A stretch of DNA of 64,000 nt, from positions 224,001-288,000 of the forward strand of contig JBBRLQ010000007.1 in the NCBI GenBank assembly GCA_038231275.1. Direction: 5' to 3'. The notes below the pieces were generated by a model. The model was not told the origin of the DNA. It worked only from the letters and a program-made list of their open reading frames with translations, and ran no database searches. Positions 20,140-29,655 of the stretch are shown one piece after another. Origin of the DNA: Polyangiales bacterium. Lineage in GTDB: Bacteria; Myxococcota_A; Polyangia; Polyangiales; Polyangiaceae. How positions within the stretch are numbered: the stretch's first letter is position 1; each line of letters opens with the position of its first letter. The translations under genes and the position numbers were made by a program.

Positions 20140-20159
20140 GCGACGAGGGCTTTCGTCGC
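20140..20159. terminator. Short hairpin between convergent genes (possible terminator)
   Basis: GCGACGA-N6-TCGTCGC inverted repeat between stops at 20137 and 20159; no long U-tract. Confidence 0.3.
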
Positions 20160-21502
20160 TAACCCGAAGCGATCGCTCGAATCGCCTCGCTGACCTTCTC
20201 GACGTCGGGCGGAAGCGCGATCGGCGCGTTCGCGCGGCGGCTCGCGACCTCGAGCGTGCGTTCGTGGTAGCCCATCTTGAACTCGGTGAACTTGAGCGCG
20301 TTGGCGGTCGATACGACGACGACGCGATCGGTCTCCTTGATGAGGCCGCGCGCGCGCAGCTTGAACGTGGCGGCGAGCGCGACGCCGGTGTGCGGGCACG
20401 TGTAGAGGCCCGTGCGATCGGCGCGCGCGCAGGCGTCGGCGAGCTCGTCCTCGCTCGCCTGCTCCACGACGCCATCCATCGCCTTCAGCGCCGCCATCGC
20501 GCGCGGCGCGCTCACCGGACTGCCGATTTGGATCGCGCTGGCGAGGCTGTTTTTTGCCTTGATCGAGGCGACCGTCTCTTCGTGCGCGACGAACGCGCGG
20601 TACATCGGGTTCGCGTTCTCGGCCTGCGCGACGCAGAGGCGCGGTAGACGATTCGTCAGCCCGAGCTCCTTCATCATCGTGAACCCGGCGTACAGGGCCG
20701 CCGCGTTTCCCAGGTTGCCGCTCGGAAGGACGACCCAGTCGGGCACCTCCCAGTCGAACTGCTGCGCGATCTCGACCGCGACGGTCTTCTGCCCCTCGAT
20801 GCGGAGTGGGTTCATCGAGTTGGCGAGGTAGACGAGGTCCCGGCGGGCGAGCTCCTTCACCACGGTCATGCAGCCGTCGAAGTCGGTGTCGAGCGCGAGG
20901 ACCGTCGCGCCGTGGGCGAGCGGCTGGACGAGCTGCGCCGTCGACACGAGGCCGCGCGGCAAAAGAACCGCGACGGGAAGACCGCACGCAGCGCCGTACG
21001 CCGCGAGCGACGCGCTGGTGTCGCCGGTCGACGCGCACGCCACCACGCGCGCCTTCAACGCGCCCTCGGCGATCGCCTGGCGCACGACGCTGACGAGCAC
21101 CGTCATGCCCAGATCCTTGAACGATCCGGAGTGCGCGTTGCCGCACTGCTTCACCCACAAATCGCCGATGCCCATCTCCTTGCCGAGGCGCTCGGCCCAG
21201 AAGAGGTTCGTGCCGCCCTCGTCGGTGGACACGATGAGATCGTCCGGCACCTCCGGCGCGACCCACTCGCGCTTGCCCCACACGCCCGAGCCGTACGGCC
21301 AGGTCGTGCGCTTGTAGCGATCGTCGAAGAGCTTGCGCCACGCGCTCGCGGTTCGGGTGCGGAGCGCCTCGAGATCGTGACGCACCTCGAGGAGGCCGTC
21401 GCACGTGGGGCAGCGGTAAATCGGCTTCGTCAGCGGCCAGCTGCCCTCGCAGCCGTTGAAGCAGCGGAAGCTCGCCTGAAAGCGAACGGCGTCGCGCGGC
21501 AT
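20159..21502 (-). CDS. thrC: Threonine synthase (PLP, fold type II)
   Basis: [10 protein letters not shown] (PLP Lys), [25 protein letters not shown]. Confidence 0.9.
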   Translation of the reverse strand: MPRDAVRFQASFRCFNGCEGSWPLTKPIYRCPTCDGLLEVRHDLEALRTRTASAWRKLFDDRYKRTTWPYGSGVWGKREWVAPEVPDDLIVSTDEGGTNLFWAERLGKEMGIGDLWVKQCGNAHSGSFKDLGMTVLVSVVRQAIAEGALKARVVACASTGDTSASLAAYGAACGLPVAVLLPRGLVSTAQLVQPLAHGATVLALDTDFDGCMTVVKELARRDLVYLANSMNPLRIEGQKTVAVEIAQQFDWEVPDWVVLPSGNLGNAAALYAGFTMMKELGLTNRLPRLCVAQAENANPMYRAFVAHEETVASIKAKNSLASAIQIGSPVSAPRAMAALKAMDGVVEQASEDELADACARADRTGLYTCPHTGVALAATFKLRARGLIKETDRVVVVSTANALKFTEFKMGYHERTLEVASRRANAPIALPPDVEKVSEAIRAIASG

Positions 21503-21506
21503 GAGC

Positions 21507-22679
21507 TTACTGGCAGGTGAGGTAATGCGGGTTTGACGACGGGCGGCACTTGGTGCCGGCATACATCGAGCAGTCGGCGTCGACGCAGCAGACGTCGGTG
21601 CAGACCTTCGCGACCGGATCGCAGAAGGCGGTCTTGCACTGCGTTCCCGACGTGCACGCGGTCCCGACGACGCCGCTGCCGGGCGGTCCGTCCGGGGTCT
21701 CCGCGTTGTGCAGGCACGTGCCGAGGTACTCGGGCGCGCCGGAGGTCTGGAGGTACGCGCACGTGCCGAAGCCGGACGAAGGCGGCGTCATCGCGAGGCA
21801 GTTGGTCTTGCCGCACCCGTGCGGCTTGCACTCGGCGAAGCTCGTCGTGCCGTAGCAGATGCCGCTGTTGCAGTCGGCGGAGACGGCGCAGATCTGATCG
21901 TTGCCGACCGTTCCGGGCGGCGGGACCGCGCACGCGAACACGTTGTGCCCCTCGACGAGCGTCCGGCGGCAGATGCCGGGCGCCGCGCAGTCGGCGTCGG
22001 CGCAGCACGTGTCGGTGCACACCTTCGCGGTCGCGCCCGCGCACACGCCGGAGCGGCACGCCTCGGCGGTCGAGCAGCTCGTGCCCCCCTTGGTCGCGCC
22101 GTTCGCCGAGCCGCGCTGGAGCAGCGTGGGTCGCACGCAGTACGTGCCGCCGGTGCCGGGGCCGTAGCAGACCATGTCGTTCGGGCAGTCTTCGGATTTG
22201 CAGCAGGGCTTCGTGCAGAGCGGACCGCTCGTCTTCACCGCGTCGCCGAGCACCGCGTCGCCGCCGCAGAAGAACTCGGGCTTGCACTGCGTGTTGGTGA
22301 GGCAGCTGCACCCGAGCTCGCCGTTGCAACCGCCCTCGCCGCTGCTCTCGAACGGAAGGGGAGAGTCGACCTCGACGTCGGGCAGGATCGTCCCGTCCTC
22401 GACGCCGCTCTCGCTGGGGCCCGCCTCGGGCACGTCGACTGTGGGAACGCAGATGTGCGAGATCGTGTCGCACACGAGGTCCGCGCCGCACGGCGTCTGG
22501 GGGCACGAGCCGACGCAGACGCCAGCAGGCGAGCAGATCTGTCCGCCGGGGCACTCGTTGATGCCGCCTGGCGCGCACGCGAAGGACGGGAGGTCCTTCG
22601 GCACGAGCGCCTCGCAGCCGGCCGCGCCGAGCATCCCGAGCACGCCGGCGAGGGCGATGCTGGCGATGAAGCGACGCAT
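21507..22679 (-). CDS. Cys-rich repeat lipoprotein
   Basis: Lipobox AAGC-E; repeated CTxxCCxxxDC units (3 clear copies); ATG overlaps the upstream TGA. Confidence 0.85.
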   Translation of the reverse strand: MRRFIASIALAGVLGMLGAAGCEALVPKDLPSFACAPGGINECPGGQICSPAGVCVGSCPQTPCGADLVCDTISHICVPTVDVPEAGPSESGVEDGTILPDVEVDSPLPFESSGEGGCNGELGCSCLTNTQCKPEFFCGGDAVLGDAVKTSGPLCTKPCCKSEDCPNDMVCYGPGTGGTYCVRPTLLQRGSANGATKGGTSCSTAEACRSGVCAGATAKVCTDTCCADADCAAPGICRRTLVEGHNVFACAVPPPGTVGNDQICAVSADCNSGICYGTTSFAECKPHGCGKTNCLAMTPPSSGFGTCAYLQTSGAPEYLGTCLHNAETPDGPPGSGVVGTACTSGTQCKTAFCDPVAKVCTDVCCVDADCSMYAGTKCRPSSNPHYLTCQ

Positions 22680-23515
22680 CAGAACGATCCCCGCAGCATC
22701 AGGACTCCACCTCCACGCACGTCCGGCACAGGCACCACCGACACGCGCGCTTGGGTGCTCGCTTGCGGGCTCGGGGCCTGGGTGACCTTGGTCCGACCGA
22801 AGTAAAGATACGCCGCGACGGCCGCCGCGACGACCCCGATTCCCAGGCTGACGTCGGCGATGATGGCTTCTTTGTGCGCTTGCGACGTTTTTTGCAGGAG
22901 ATCGTCGTAGGTTCCGTCGCGTCCAGTCACGAAGGATTTCGGTCGATCGCTCACCGCCTTGACGCCGAACACGGCCCCCACGCCCACCCCAGCGACCGCC
23001 AGCGACGCCGCGGTGATCGTGAGCGCGTCGACACGCCCGCGCGGCGGAGGCTCGTTCTTCTTGTCGTTGGGCGGCGTCGGGGTCGGGGTCGGGGTGGGCG
23101 TTGGAGTCGGCGTCGGCGTCTCGCGCTTGGCGCCTTCGAGGCGCTTGATGAACGAGTCGGCCTTCAGCTTCTCCAGCGGCGTCACGTCCATCTGCGCGTA
23201 CGCGCGAAACCAGCGGAGCGCGTCGTCGATGTTCCCGAGCTTCTCGTTCACGACGCCGAGGTTGAAGGCGAGCTCCTTCGCGTTCGGATCGAGCGCGCGC
23301 GCCGCCTCGAGCTCGCCCTTCGCCTCGCGGTAGCTGCCCTGCGAGTAGAGCTCCCGAGCGCGCTTGTAGTGCTCCTCGGCCTTTTGTTGGGCGGCCGGCG
23401 GCGTCGGCGTGGCGCTCTGCGCGAACGCGGGGAGGGTGGTCCCCGTCATGGCCACGAGTGCCAACATCGCGACATAACGTCGCTTTGTCCCCGCGCGGCG
23501 GCCAACGGCACCCAT
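22679..23515 (-). CDS. Exported TPR protein with (TP)n linker, hydrophobic hairpin and terminal Phe
   Basis: Signal peptide ..PAFAQ, TPR (LAFNLGVVNEKLG), (TP)n, ends GGGVLMLRGSF; start uncertain. Confidence 0.8.
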   Translation of the reverse strand: MGAVGRRAGTKRRYVAMLALVAMTGTTLPAFAQSATPTPPAAQQKAEEHYKRARELYSQGSYREAKGELEAARALDPNAKELAFNLGVVNEKLGNIDDALRWFRAYAQMDVTPLEKLKADSFIKRLEGAKRETPTPTPTPTPTPTPTPPNDKKNEPPPRGRVDALTITAASLAVAGVGVGAVFGVKAVSDRPKSFVTGRDGTYDDLLQKTSQAHKEAIIADVSLGIGVVAAAVAAYLYFGRTKVTQAPSPQASTQARVSVVPVPDVRGGGVLMLRGSF

Positions 23516-23592
23516 GAGTGCGAAGGATACTCGAAACCTGCCTGTAAGGGGGGACGGCGCGGCCCCGTTGAGCACGCAGGAGGTCGAGACCC

Positions 23593-24261
23593 ATGCGTGG
23601 CAAGAGCGTTCGGTTCGGGATGGTCGTGGCGTTGAGTTTGGCGGCGGCGGCGGTCACGCAGACGGCGCGCGCGGACGACGCGGTCGTGTCGGTCGGTCGC
23701 GTCGACGACGGGCGCTTCGCGCGGCAGCCGGGCCCGATCGCGAGCTCGCCGATCGTCCCGAACGACGATCCGCGCGATCCTCCGTTCGAGCTCCACCGCG
23801 CGCCGATTCGCCTCCAGCTCGCGCCGACCGCGATCACGACGGGCAAGGGCCTCGGCGGCGGCATTCAGGTGGCCGCGGACTTCGGCACCGGAACCGTGGG
23901 CGGGCGCCTCGCGGCCGCGTGGATGCGCGGCGAAGGCCACGCCGCCGAGAGCGGCTACGCGCTCGGCGACAGCGTGGGGCAGTACACCGGGGAAATTACC
24001 CTCGATCTGCACAAGCGCGGCCCGATTCATCCGGTCCTCGGGATCGGCTTCGGCCTCGCGCACGTGAGCCGGCCGACGGGAAGCGGCAACGCGGGCATCG
24101 GCACAGGCCGCGTCGGCCTCGACTACGCGCTGCCGGTCGAGGACGCGGACGTCCGCATCGGAATGCACGCGACGGGCGTGATGACCGGCCCGTCGGACGA
24201 CGAGATCAAGGATCTCCACGGGTACGCGCTCGTCGCTGCGGTGCTCAGCATTGGGTTCTGA
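23593..24261 (+). CDS. Small outer-membrane beta-barrel protein
   Basis: Signal peptide, alternating amphipathic strands, C-terminal VLSIGF. Confidence 0.65.
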   Translation: MRGKSVRFGMVVALSLAAAAVTQTARADDAVVSVGRVDDGRFARQPGPIASSPIVPNDDPRDPPFELHRAPIRLQLAPTAITTGKGLGGGIQVAADFGTGTVGGRLAAAWMRGEGHAAESGYALGDSVGQYTGEITLDLHKRGPIHPVLGIGFGLAHVSRPTGSGNAGIGTGRVGLDYALPVEDADVRIGMHATGVMTGPSDDEIKDLHGYALVAAVLSIGF

Positions 24262-24286
24262 TTTGGGGCGTGCTACTTCCGCGCCC

Positions 24287-24643
24287 ATGCGCGCGCCGAT
24301 CATCGCCCTTCTCTTGATTCTCCTCACCCCGGCGTGCGCGACCCCGCCACCCGCCGATCCCGCGACCGCGACCGCGACCGCGACTCCGACCGCGACCGCG
24401 ACGCCGACCCCGACCGCGACCGCGACCGCGACGCCGACTCCGACCCCGACCCCGACCCCGACTCCGACTCCGACCCCGACTCCGACTCCGACGGCCGAAA
24501 AACCAGGGACGCCTCCTCGCCCCGGCCAAAAGGAAGGCGCCCTTTGTGGCGGCATCGCCGGCCTCCGTTGCGCGGAAGGGCTCGCTTGCAAAATGGGCGG
24601 CCCGACGCACCCTGACCAGGCCGGCGTGTGCGTCCGTCCCTGA
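24287..24643 (+). CDS. Lipoprotein with (TA)/(TP) repeats and a small 4-Cys C-terminal domain
   Basis: Lipobox TPAC, ~40-aa TA/TP tract, CGGIAGLRCAEGLAC...DQAGVC. Confidence 0.75.
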   Translation: MRAPIIALLLILLTPACATPPPADPATATATATPTATATPTPTATATATPTPTPTPTPTPTPTPTPTPTAEKPGTPPRPGQKEGALCGGIAGLRCAEGLACKMGGPTHPDQAGVCVRP

Positions 24644-26067
24644 TTCTTCGTCTCGCCGTCGTCGTCGTCGCGGCGGCGGCCCTCGCGTCGCTGGCGTACG
24701 CGGTGATGACGCTCGGCGTGCGGCCGCTCGATGGCGTGGAGGGCGAAGTGCTGTTCGAGGGACAGCGCCTGCGCGAAGGGCTGCCGATTTACACCGACCC
24801 GATCGCCGGCGTGACCGACTACGGGCCGGTGCCCTCGCGCTTCTACGTGCTCTATCCGCCGGTGTGGGCGTGGCTCGTGTCGTGGGTGCCGCCGCGATCG
24901 GCGATGCTCGTCGCGCGCGCCGTCGCGTGCTTTGCGTGGTTCGGTCTGCTCCTCGCGATCACGCTGCGGGCGCCGCGGGAGAAGCGCGGGACGGCGGCGT
25001 TTGCTGCGGCGTTCACCGCGGGCGTCTACACGCTGGCGCTGTATGGGGCGGCGGCACGGCCCGACGCGCTCGCGGTCGCGCTCGCAGGGGCGGCGCTGGT
25101 GCGGAGCGTCGAGCGCGGCAAGGTGGACATGGTGGCGGCGGCCCTCTTCGCGCTCGCCGCGTGGACGAAGCCGAACGTGATGGGGCTCGCGGCGGGCGCG
25201 TTCGCGGTGCAGTTGTTCGTCGACAGGAAGGCCTTCGGACGGGCGATCGCGGCGGCGCTCTTCGTGACCGGCGGCCTCGCGGCGATCCTCCAGCACGTGA
25301 GCGGCGGCGCGTGGACCGATCACCTGCTGCGCGCGACCGGACAACCGGGCAGCCTGTCGCTTTGGCTGGAGCAGGTCCCGTCGCGCCTCCAGTTCCTCGG
25401 CGCGCCGATCGCGGCGGCGCTGTTCGTCGCGTGGCGTGCGAGGCGATCGTCTCCTGGCGCGAGGCTCGCTCTTGGCGCGCTCGTGGCGTCGCTCGCGTGG
25501 ACGCTCTTGTCGCTCGCGAAGATCGGGAGCGCCACGAACTACTGGATGGAGCCGATGATCGCCGCCACCGTCGTCGCGGCGTTCGTTCCGTTCACGATCC
25601 CGACGTCACGCGTCCTCGGATGCGTGTGCGCCGGCGCCGTCCTCTTCCAGTGCCTATGGACCGGCGTGGCCACGATCCGTAGCTCCCTCGAGGCGATCGC
25701 AGTGTCGAAGGTGCACGCGGCGTTCGTGGAGCGGGTCCGCGCGACCTGCAATCCCGGCGTGGACGAAGTGATCATCGCCGACGAGCCCGGGCTCGAGCTC
25801 ATGCTCGACGGGCGCGCGGTGACGACGCCGTTCCAGATGACGCACCTCGCCCGACGCGGGAAATTCCCGCTCGAGCCGTGGGTCGCCGACGTGCTGAGGC
25901 CCGAGGTGCGCTGCCTCCTCATGCAGGACGATCTGCTCGATCGCCCGCTCGGTGTCGTGTCGATCGAGCACGATCGCTTCGGCCCCGAGCTCCGGACCGT
26001 GCTCCGCGCCAAGTTCGTGCGCGCGCAGGAGCAAGGGGGGTGGCGGCTGTACCGGGCTTCGCGCTAG
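24628..26067 (+). CDS. Polytopic membrane glycosyltransferase (GT-C, ArnT/PMT-like)
   Basis: About 10 TM helices; acidic first loop (DGVEG), YPP, RPD and WTKPN motifs. Confidence 0.6.
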   Translation: MRPSLILRLAVVVVAAAALASLAYAVMTLGVRPLDGVEGEVLFEGQRLREGLPIYTDPIAGVTDYGPVPSRFYVLYPPVWAWLVSWVPPRSAMLVARAVACFAWFGLLLAITLRAPREKRGTAAFAAAFTAGVYTLALYGAAARPDALAVALAGAALVRSVERGKVDMVAAALFALAAWTKPNVMGLAAGAFAVQLFVDRKAFGRAIAAALFVTGGLAAILQHVSGGAWTDHLLRATGQPGSLSLWLEQVPSRLQFLGAPIAAALFVAWRARRSSPGARLALGALVASLAWTLLSLAKIGSATNYWMEPMIAATVVAAFVPFTIPTSRVLGCVCAGAVLFQCLWTGVATIRSSLEAIAVSKVHAAFVERVRATCNPGVDEVIIADEPGLELMLDGRAVTTPFQMTHLARRGKFPLEPWVADVLRPEVRCLLMQDDLLDRPLGVVSIEHDRFGPELRTVLRAKFVRAQEQGGWRLYRASR

Positions 26068-26076
26068 AACCTCACG

Positions 26077-27333
26077 ATGAGCCTCGAAGCGGAAATCGCC
26101 GCGATTTGCCGGCGCGCCAGGGTCGCCTCGCGCACCCTCGCGCCGGCGTCGCGCGCGAGGAAGGACGCGGCGCTCGAGGCGATCGCGACGACGCTCCGCG
26201 CGCGGCGTCCGGAGATCCTCGCGGCGAACGCGGCGGACGTCGCCGAGGCGGAGAAGAAGGGGACACGCGGCGCGCTCCTCGATCGTCTGACCTTGAACGA
26301 CGCGCGCATGGACGCGCTCGAGGCGGGCGTGCGCGAGATCATCGCGCTGCCCGATCCGGTGGGGCAGCTCATCGCAGAGTCGATGCGGCCCACGGGCCTG
26401 CGTGTGCGGCGCGTACGGACGCCGATCGGCGTCATCGCGATGATCTACGAGGCGCGTCCCAACGTGACGGTGGAGGCGAGCGCGCTCGCGCTGAAGGCGG
26501 GCAACGCGATCGTGCTGCGCGGCGGGTCCGAGGCGACGCGCGCAAACGCCGCGCTCGCGGCCGCTGTAGGGGAGGGGCTCGCGGCGGCCGGCCTCCCGCG
26601 CGACGCGGTGCAGGCGCTCGGCATGGTCGATCGCGACGCCGTGCGCGTGCTCGTGCAGCAGAGTGAGACGGTCGATCTGGCGATCCCGCGCGGCGGCGAG
26701 GGGCTCATTCGCTTCGTGACCGAGAACGCGCGCGTGCCGGTGGTGCAGCACTACAAAGGCGTCTGTCACCTCTTCGTCGACGCGGGCGCCGACGTCGACA
26801 CCGCCGCGCGCATCGCCGTCGACTCCAAGCTGTCGCGACCCGGTGTCTGCAACGCGCTCGAGTGCCTGCTCGTCGACGCCGCCGACGCCGCGCGCCTCCT
26901 CCCTCCCATCGCGGCGCGGCTCGTCCTTGGTGGCTGCGAGCTCCGCGGAGACGCGCGGGCGTGCGCGCTCGTACCTGCCGCGAGGGCCGCGACGGACGAC
27001 GACTGGGGCCGCGAGTTCCTCGACAAGATCCTCGCGGTTCGCGTCGTCGACGGCCTCGACGGGGCCCTCGCGCACGTCGTCGCCTACGGCTCCGGGCACA
27101 CCGAAGCGATCCTCACGCCGAACGCCGAGCACGCCGCGCGCTGGCGAACCGAGGTCGACGCCGCCTGCGTAATAGTGAACGCCTCGACCCGTTTTCACGA
27201 TGGAGGCGAGCTGGGCCTCGGCGCCGAGATCGGCATCGCCACGAGCCGCCTGCACTGGCGCGGCCCGATGGGGCTCGAGGCCCTCACCACGAACAAGTGG
27301 ATCATCGACGGCGAAGGGCAGACGCGCGGTTGA
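26077..27333 (+). CDS. proA: Gamma-glutamyl phosphate reductase
   Basis: IYEARPNVT, LRGGSEA, PRGGEGL, CNALE, NASTRF, ELGLGAEIGI. Confidence 0.95.
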   Translation: MSLEAEIAAICRRARVASRTLAPASRARKDAALEAIATTLRARRPEILAANAADVAEAEKKGTRGALLDRLTLNDARMDALEAGVREIIALPDPVGQLIAESMRPTGLRVRRVRTPIGVIAMIYEARPNVTVEASALALKAGNAIVLRGGSEATRANAALAAAVGEGLAAAGLPRDAVQALGMVDRDAVRVLVQQSETVDLAIPRGGEGLIRFVTENARVPVVQHYKGVCHLFVDAGADVDTAARIAVDSKLSRPGVCNALECLLVDAADAARLLPPIAARLVLGGCELRGDARACALVPAARAATDDDWGREFLDKILAVRVVDGLDGALAHVVAYGSGHTEAILTPNAEHAARWRTEVDAACVIVNASTRFHDGGELGLGAEIGIATSRLHWRGPMGLEALTTNKWIIDGEGQTRG

Positions 27334-27391
27334 CGCGCACGCCGCGACCCCCCACGATGGGGGCTCTCGCGGAACCGAAAGGATCGACGTT

Positions 27392-27985
27392 TTGGCAGCA
27401 GGCAAGAAGAGGGGCGAATCGGGGCGTCCGAAGATCCGGTCGTCGCACGGCAGCATCCACGGGCGCGGGGTCGAGGCGAGCCCGCCCGCGCGCGGGACCA
27501 AGCCGCGGCCGAAGCGTGCCGCCGCTCTCCCGCGCCCGGCGCCGGCAGGCCCCAGCGGCGGCCCCCGCGCCAAGAAGGCGCGCCCCGCAGGCGGAGCCTC
27601 GCCGAGCACCTCCCTCGCGAGCGACTCCTCGCGTGAGCTCGCGGTCGCGATCGCCGTCGCCGCCCTCGACAAGAAGGCTGTCGGGCTGGAGGTCTTGGAC
27701 GTCGCCGGCAAGGTCGACTACGCGGACTTCCTCGTGCTCATGACGGGCCGGAGCGATCGCCAGGTCGCGGCCCTCGCGCAAGGCATCGAGGAGGCGCTGC
27801 GCAAGATCGGCAAGCGCCCCATGAGCGTCGAGGGTCTCCCCCACGGCAACTGGGTCCTGATGGACTTCGGGGACGTCGTCGTCCACGTTTTCCAAGACGA
27901 CGCGCGCAGCCTCTACGACATCGAGGGGCTCTGGATGGATGCGCGGCGCATCCCCGTGCCGATTCCCGACACGATGCGCGACTGA
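27392..27985 (+). CDS. rsfS: Ribosome silencing factor with basic N-terminal extension
   Basis: ALDKKA..DYADF..GRSDRQV..WVLMDFGDVVVHVF..LYDIEGLW; TTG start inferred. Confidence 0.85.
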   Translation: MAAGKKRGESGRPKIRSSHGSIHGRGVEASPPARGTKPRPKRAAALPRPAPAGPSGGPRAKKARPAGGASPSTSLASDSSRELAVAIAVAALDKKAVGLEVLDVAGKVDYADFLVLMTGRSDRQVAALAQGIEEALRKIGKRPMSVEGLPHGNWVLMDFGDVVVHVFQDDARSLYDIEGLWMDARRIPVPIPDTMRD

Positions 27986-27996
27986 TACCGTCGGGT

Positions 27997-29634
27997 ATGG
28001 GGAACGCCGGGGGCTCGCGGGGGCGCGGCTCGCTGCTCTTCGCGGAGCTCGACGCGGAGCTGCTCGTGTTCGAGCGCGCGGCGACCCGTGTGGAGCAGGG
28101 CTTCTCCGTCGTGGGTCTGTGCATGGCGGCGTACGTCGGCCTCTTCGTCGCGCCGCAGATGGGCCGCGCGCTCGCGATCGGCGCCACGTGCGTGCTCGCG
28201 TGGTTCACGGTGGCCAACCAGATGCTGACGCGAAAGCGGGCGGTGCCGTTCTTCTCGCGCGCGAACCCGATCGTCGAGCTGCTCCTCCCGGGGGCCACGC
28301 TCGTCGTCATCGCGCGCACGCAAGGCGCCGCCTATGCGCTGGGCTCGTGGGTACCGCCGCTCATGTTCGCGCTGCTGGTGATGCTCGCGACCTTTCGCCT
28401 GAAGCCGACCCTCCCGCTCCTCGCGGGCGTCCTCGGGGGCGCGGAGTACTTGCTCGTGTACTTCTTCTTCGTGCGCACCGAGCCGTCGCTCGGTTTCCTG
28501 GACGGCGCGCTCTACCGCGTGCCGATGCAGGTGGTGCGCGCCGCGTCGATCGTCGTCTTCGGCGCGATCGGATCCTTCGCGAGCGCGGGCCTCCGGAACG
28601 CCGTCGGCAACGCCGCTCGCAAAGAGCGCGCGCGCGATCTCTTCGGAAAGTACCGCATCGGCGCGCGCATCGCCGGCGGCGGGATGGGGACCGTCTACGA
28701 AGCGCTCTACTGCCCAGAGGGAGGCTTCGAGCGCAAGGTGGCGATCAAGCGCATCCACCCGCACCTCGCGATGGACGCGCGCTTCGTCACCGGCTTTCGC
28801 AACGAGGCGGAGCTGTGCGCCCGGCTCGCGCATCCCAACATCGTCGCGGTGCTCGACTTTGGTCTCGTCGACGACACGTATTTTCTGGCCATGGAATACG
28901 TCGACGGCATCGATCTCCTGCGCGTGCGCAAGCGGTGCAAGGCGGCCGGCATCGCGATCCCCTCGTCGATCGTGGCGCTCATCGGGCGCGAGGTGTGCGA
29001 GGGCCTCTCCTACGCGCACGAGCGCGCGGTCGACGGCTCCGGAAAACCGCTCCGCGTCGTGCACCGCGATCTGAACCCCGCGAACGTGCTCGTGTCCCGC
29101 ACCGGCCAGATCAAAATCTCCGATTTTGGCGTCGCCAAGGCGCTCGGCGAGTCGAAGAGCCACGAGACGCGCAACTTCGTCGGCAAGATGCCGTACCTCG
29201 CGCCGGAGCAGGCGCGCGGCGAGGCGTTCGACGCGCGCGCCGACCTGTTCGCGGTGGGGCTCCTCGTCTGGGAGCTTCTCTGCCTCTATCCGACGTTCCA
29301 GCGCGAGACCGACGCGCAGACGCTGCTCGGCGTGATGAACACCGTCGCGCCACCGCCATCGAGTGTCCGCGCGGAGCTGGCGGGCGGACCGTGGGACGCC
29401 TTCTGCGCGAAGGCGCTCGCGCCCGATCCGGAGCGCCGCTTCCAGACTGCCGGGGAGATGAGCATGGCGTTGGCGCGCCTGCTCGAGCTGGAGGGCGTGC
29501 CGAAGCTCGACGAGATGGCGACGTTCCTCCGGAAGGTCGAAGAAGCTCCGGATGCGCCTGTCGCCGAGGCGTCCGCGCCGGAGACGAACCTCGAGATGGA
29601 CGCGCCGACGGTCAAAGAGCCGCGCAGCGAATGA
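27997..29634 (+). CDS. Ser/Thr protein kinase with N-terminal multi-TM domain
   Basis: About 6 hydrophobic segments, then GGGMG, VAIK, HRDLNPAN, DFG, GKMPYLAPE. Confidence 0.9.
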   Translation: MGNAGGSRGRGSLLFAELDAELLVFERAATRVEQGFSVVGLCMAAYVGLFVAPQMGRALAIGATCVLAWFTVANQMLTRKRAVPFFSRANPIVELLLPGATLVVIARTQGAAYALGSWVPPLMFALLVMLATFRLKPTLPLLAGVLGGAEYLLVYFFFVRTEPSLGFLDGALYRVPMQVVRAASIVVFGAIGSFASAGLRNAVGNAARKERARDLFGKYRIGARIAGGGMGTVYEALYCPEGGFERKVAIKRIHPHLAMDARFVTGFRNEAELCARLAHPNIVAVLDFGLVDDTYFLAMEYVDGIDLLRVRKRCKAAGIAIPSSIVALIGREVCEGLSYAHERAVDGSGKPLRVVHRDLNPANVLVSRTGQIKISDFGVAKALGESKSHETRNFVGKMPYLAPEQARGEAFDARADLFAVGLLVWELLCLYPTFQRETDAQTLLGVMNTVAPPPSSVRAELAGGPWDAFCAKALAPDPERRFQTAGEMSMALARLLELEGVPKLDEMATFLRKVEEAPDAPVAEASAPETNLEMDAPTVKEPRSE

Positions 29635-29655
29635 CGCCGATTCGGCGCGCTCGTT

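Noticed and set aside
24361-24491. Hexamer tandem repeats
   Set aside because: Explained as the coding TA/TP linker of a lipoprotein.
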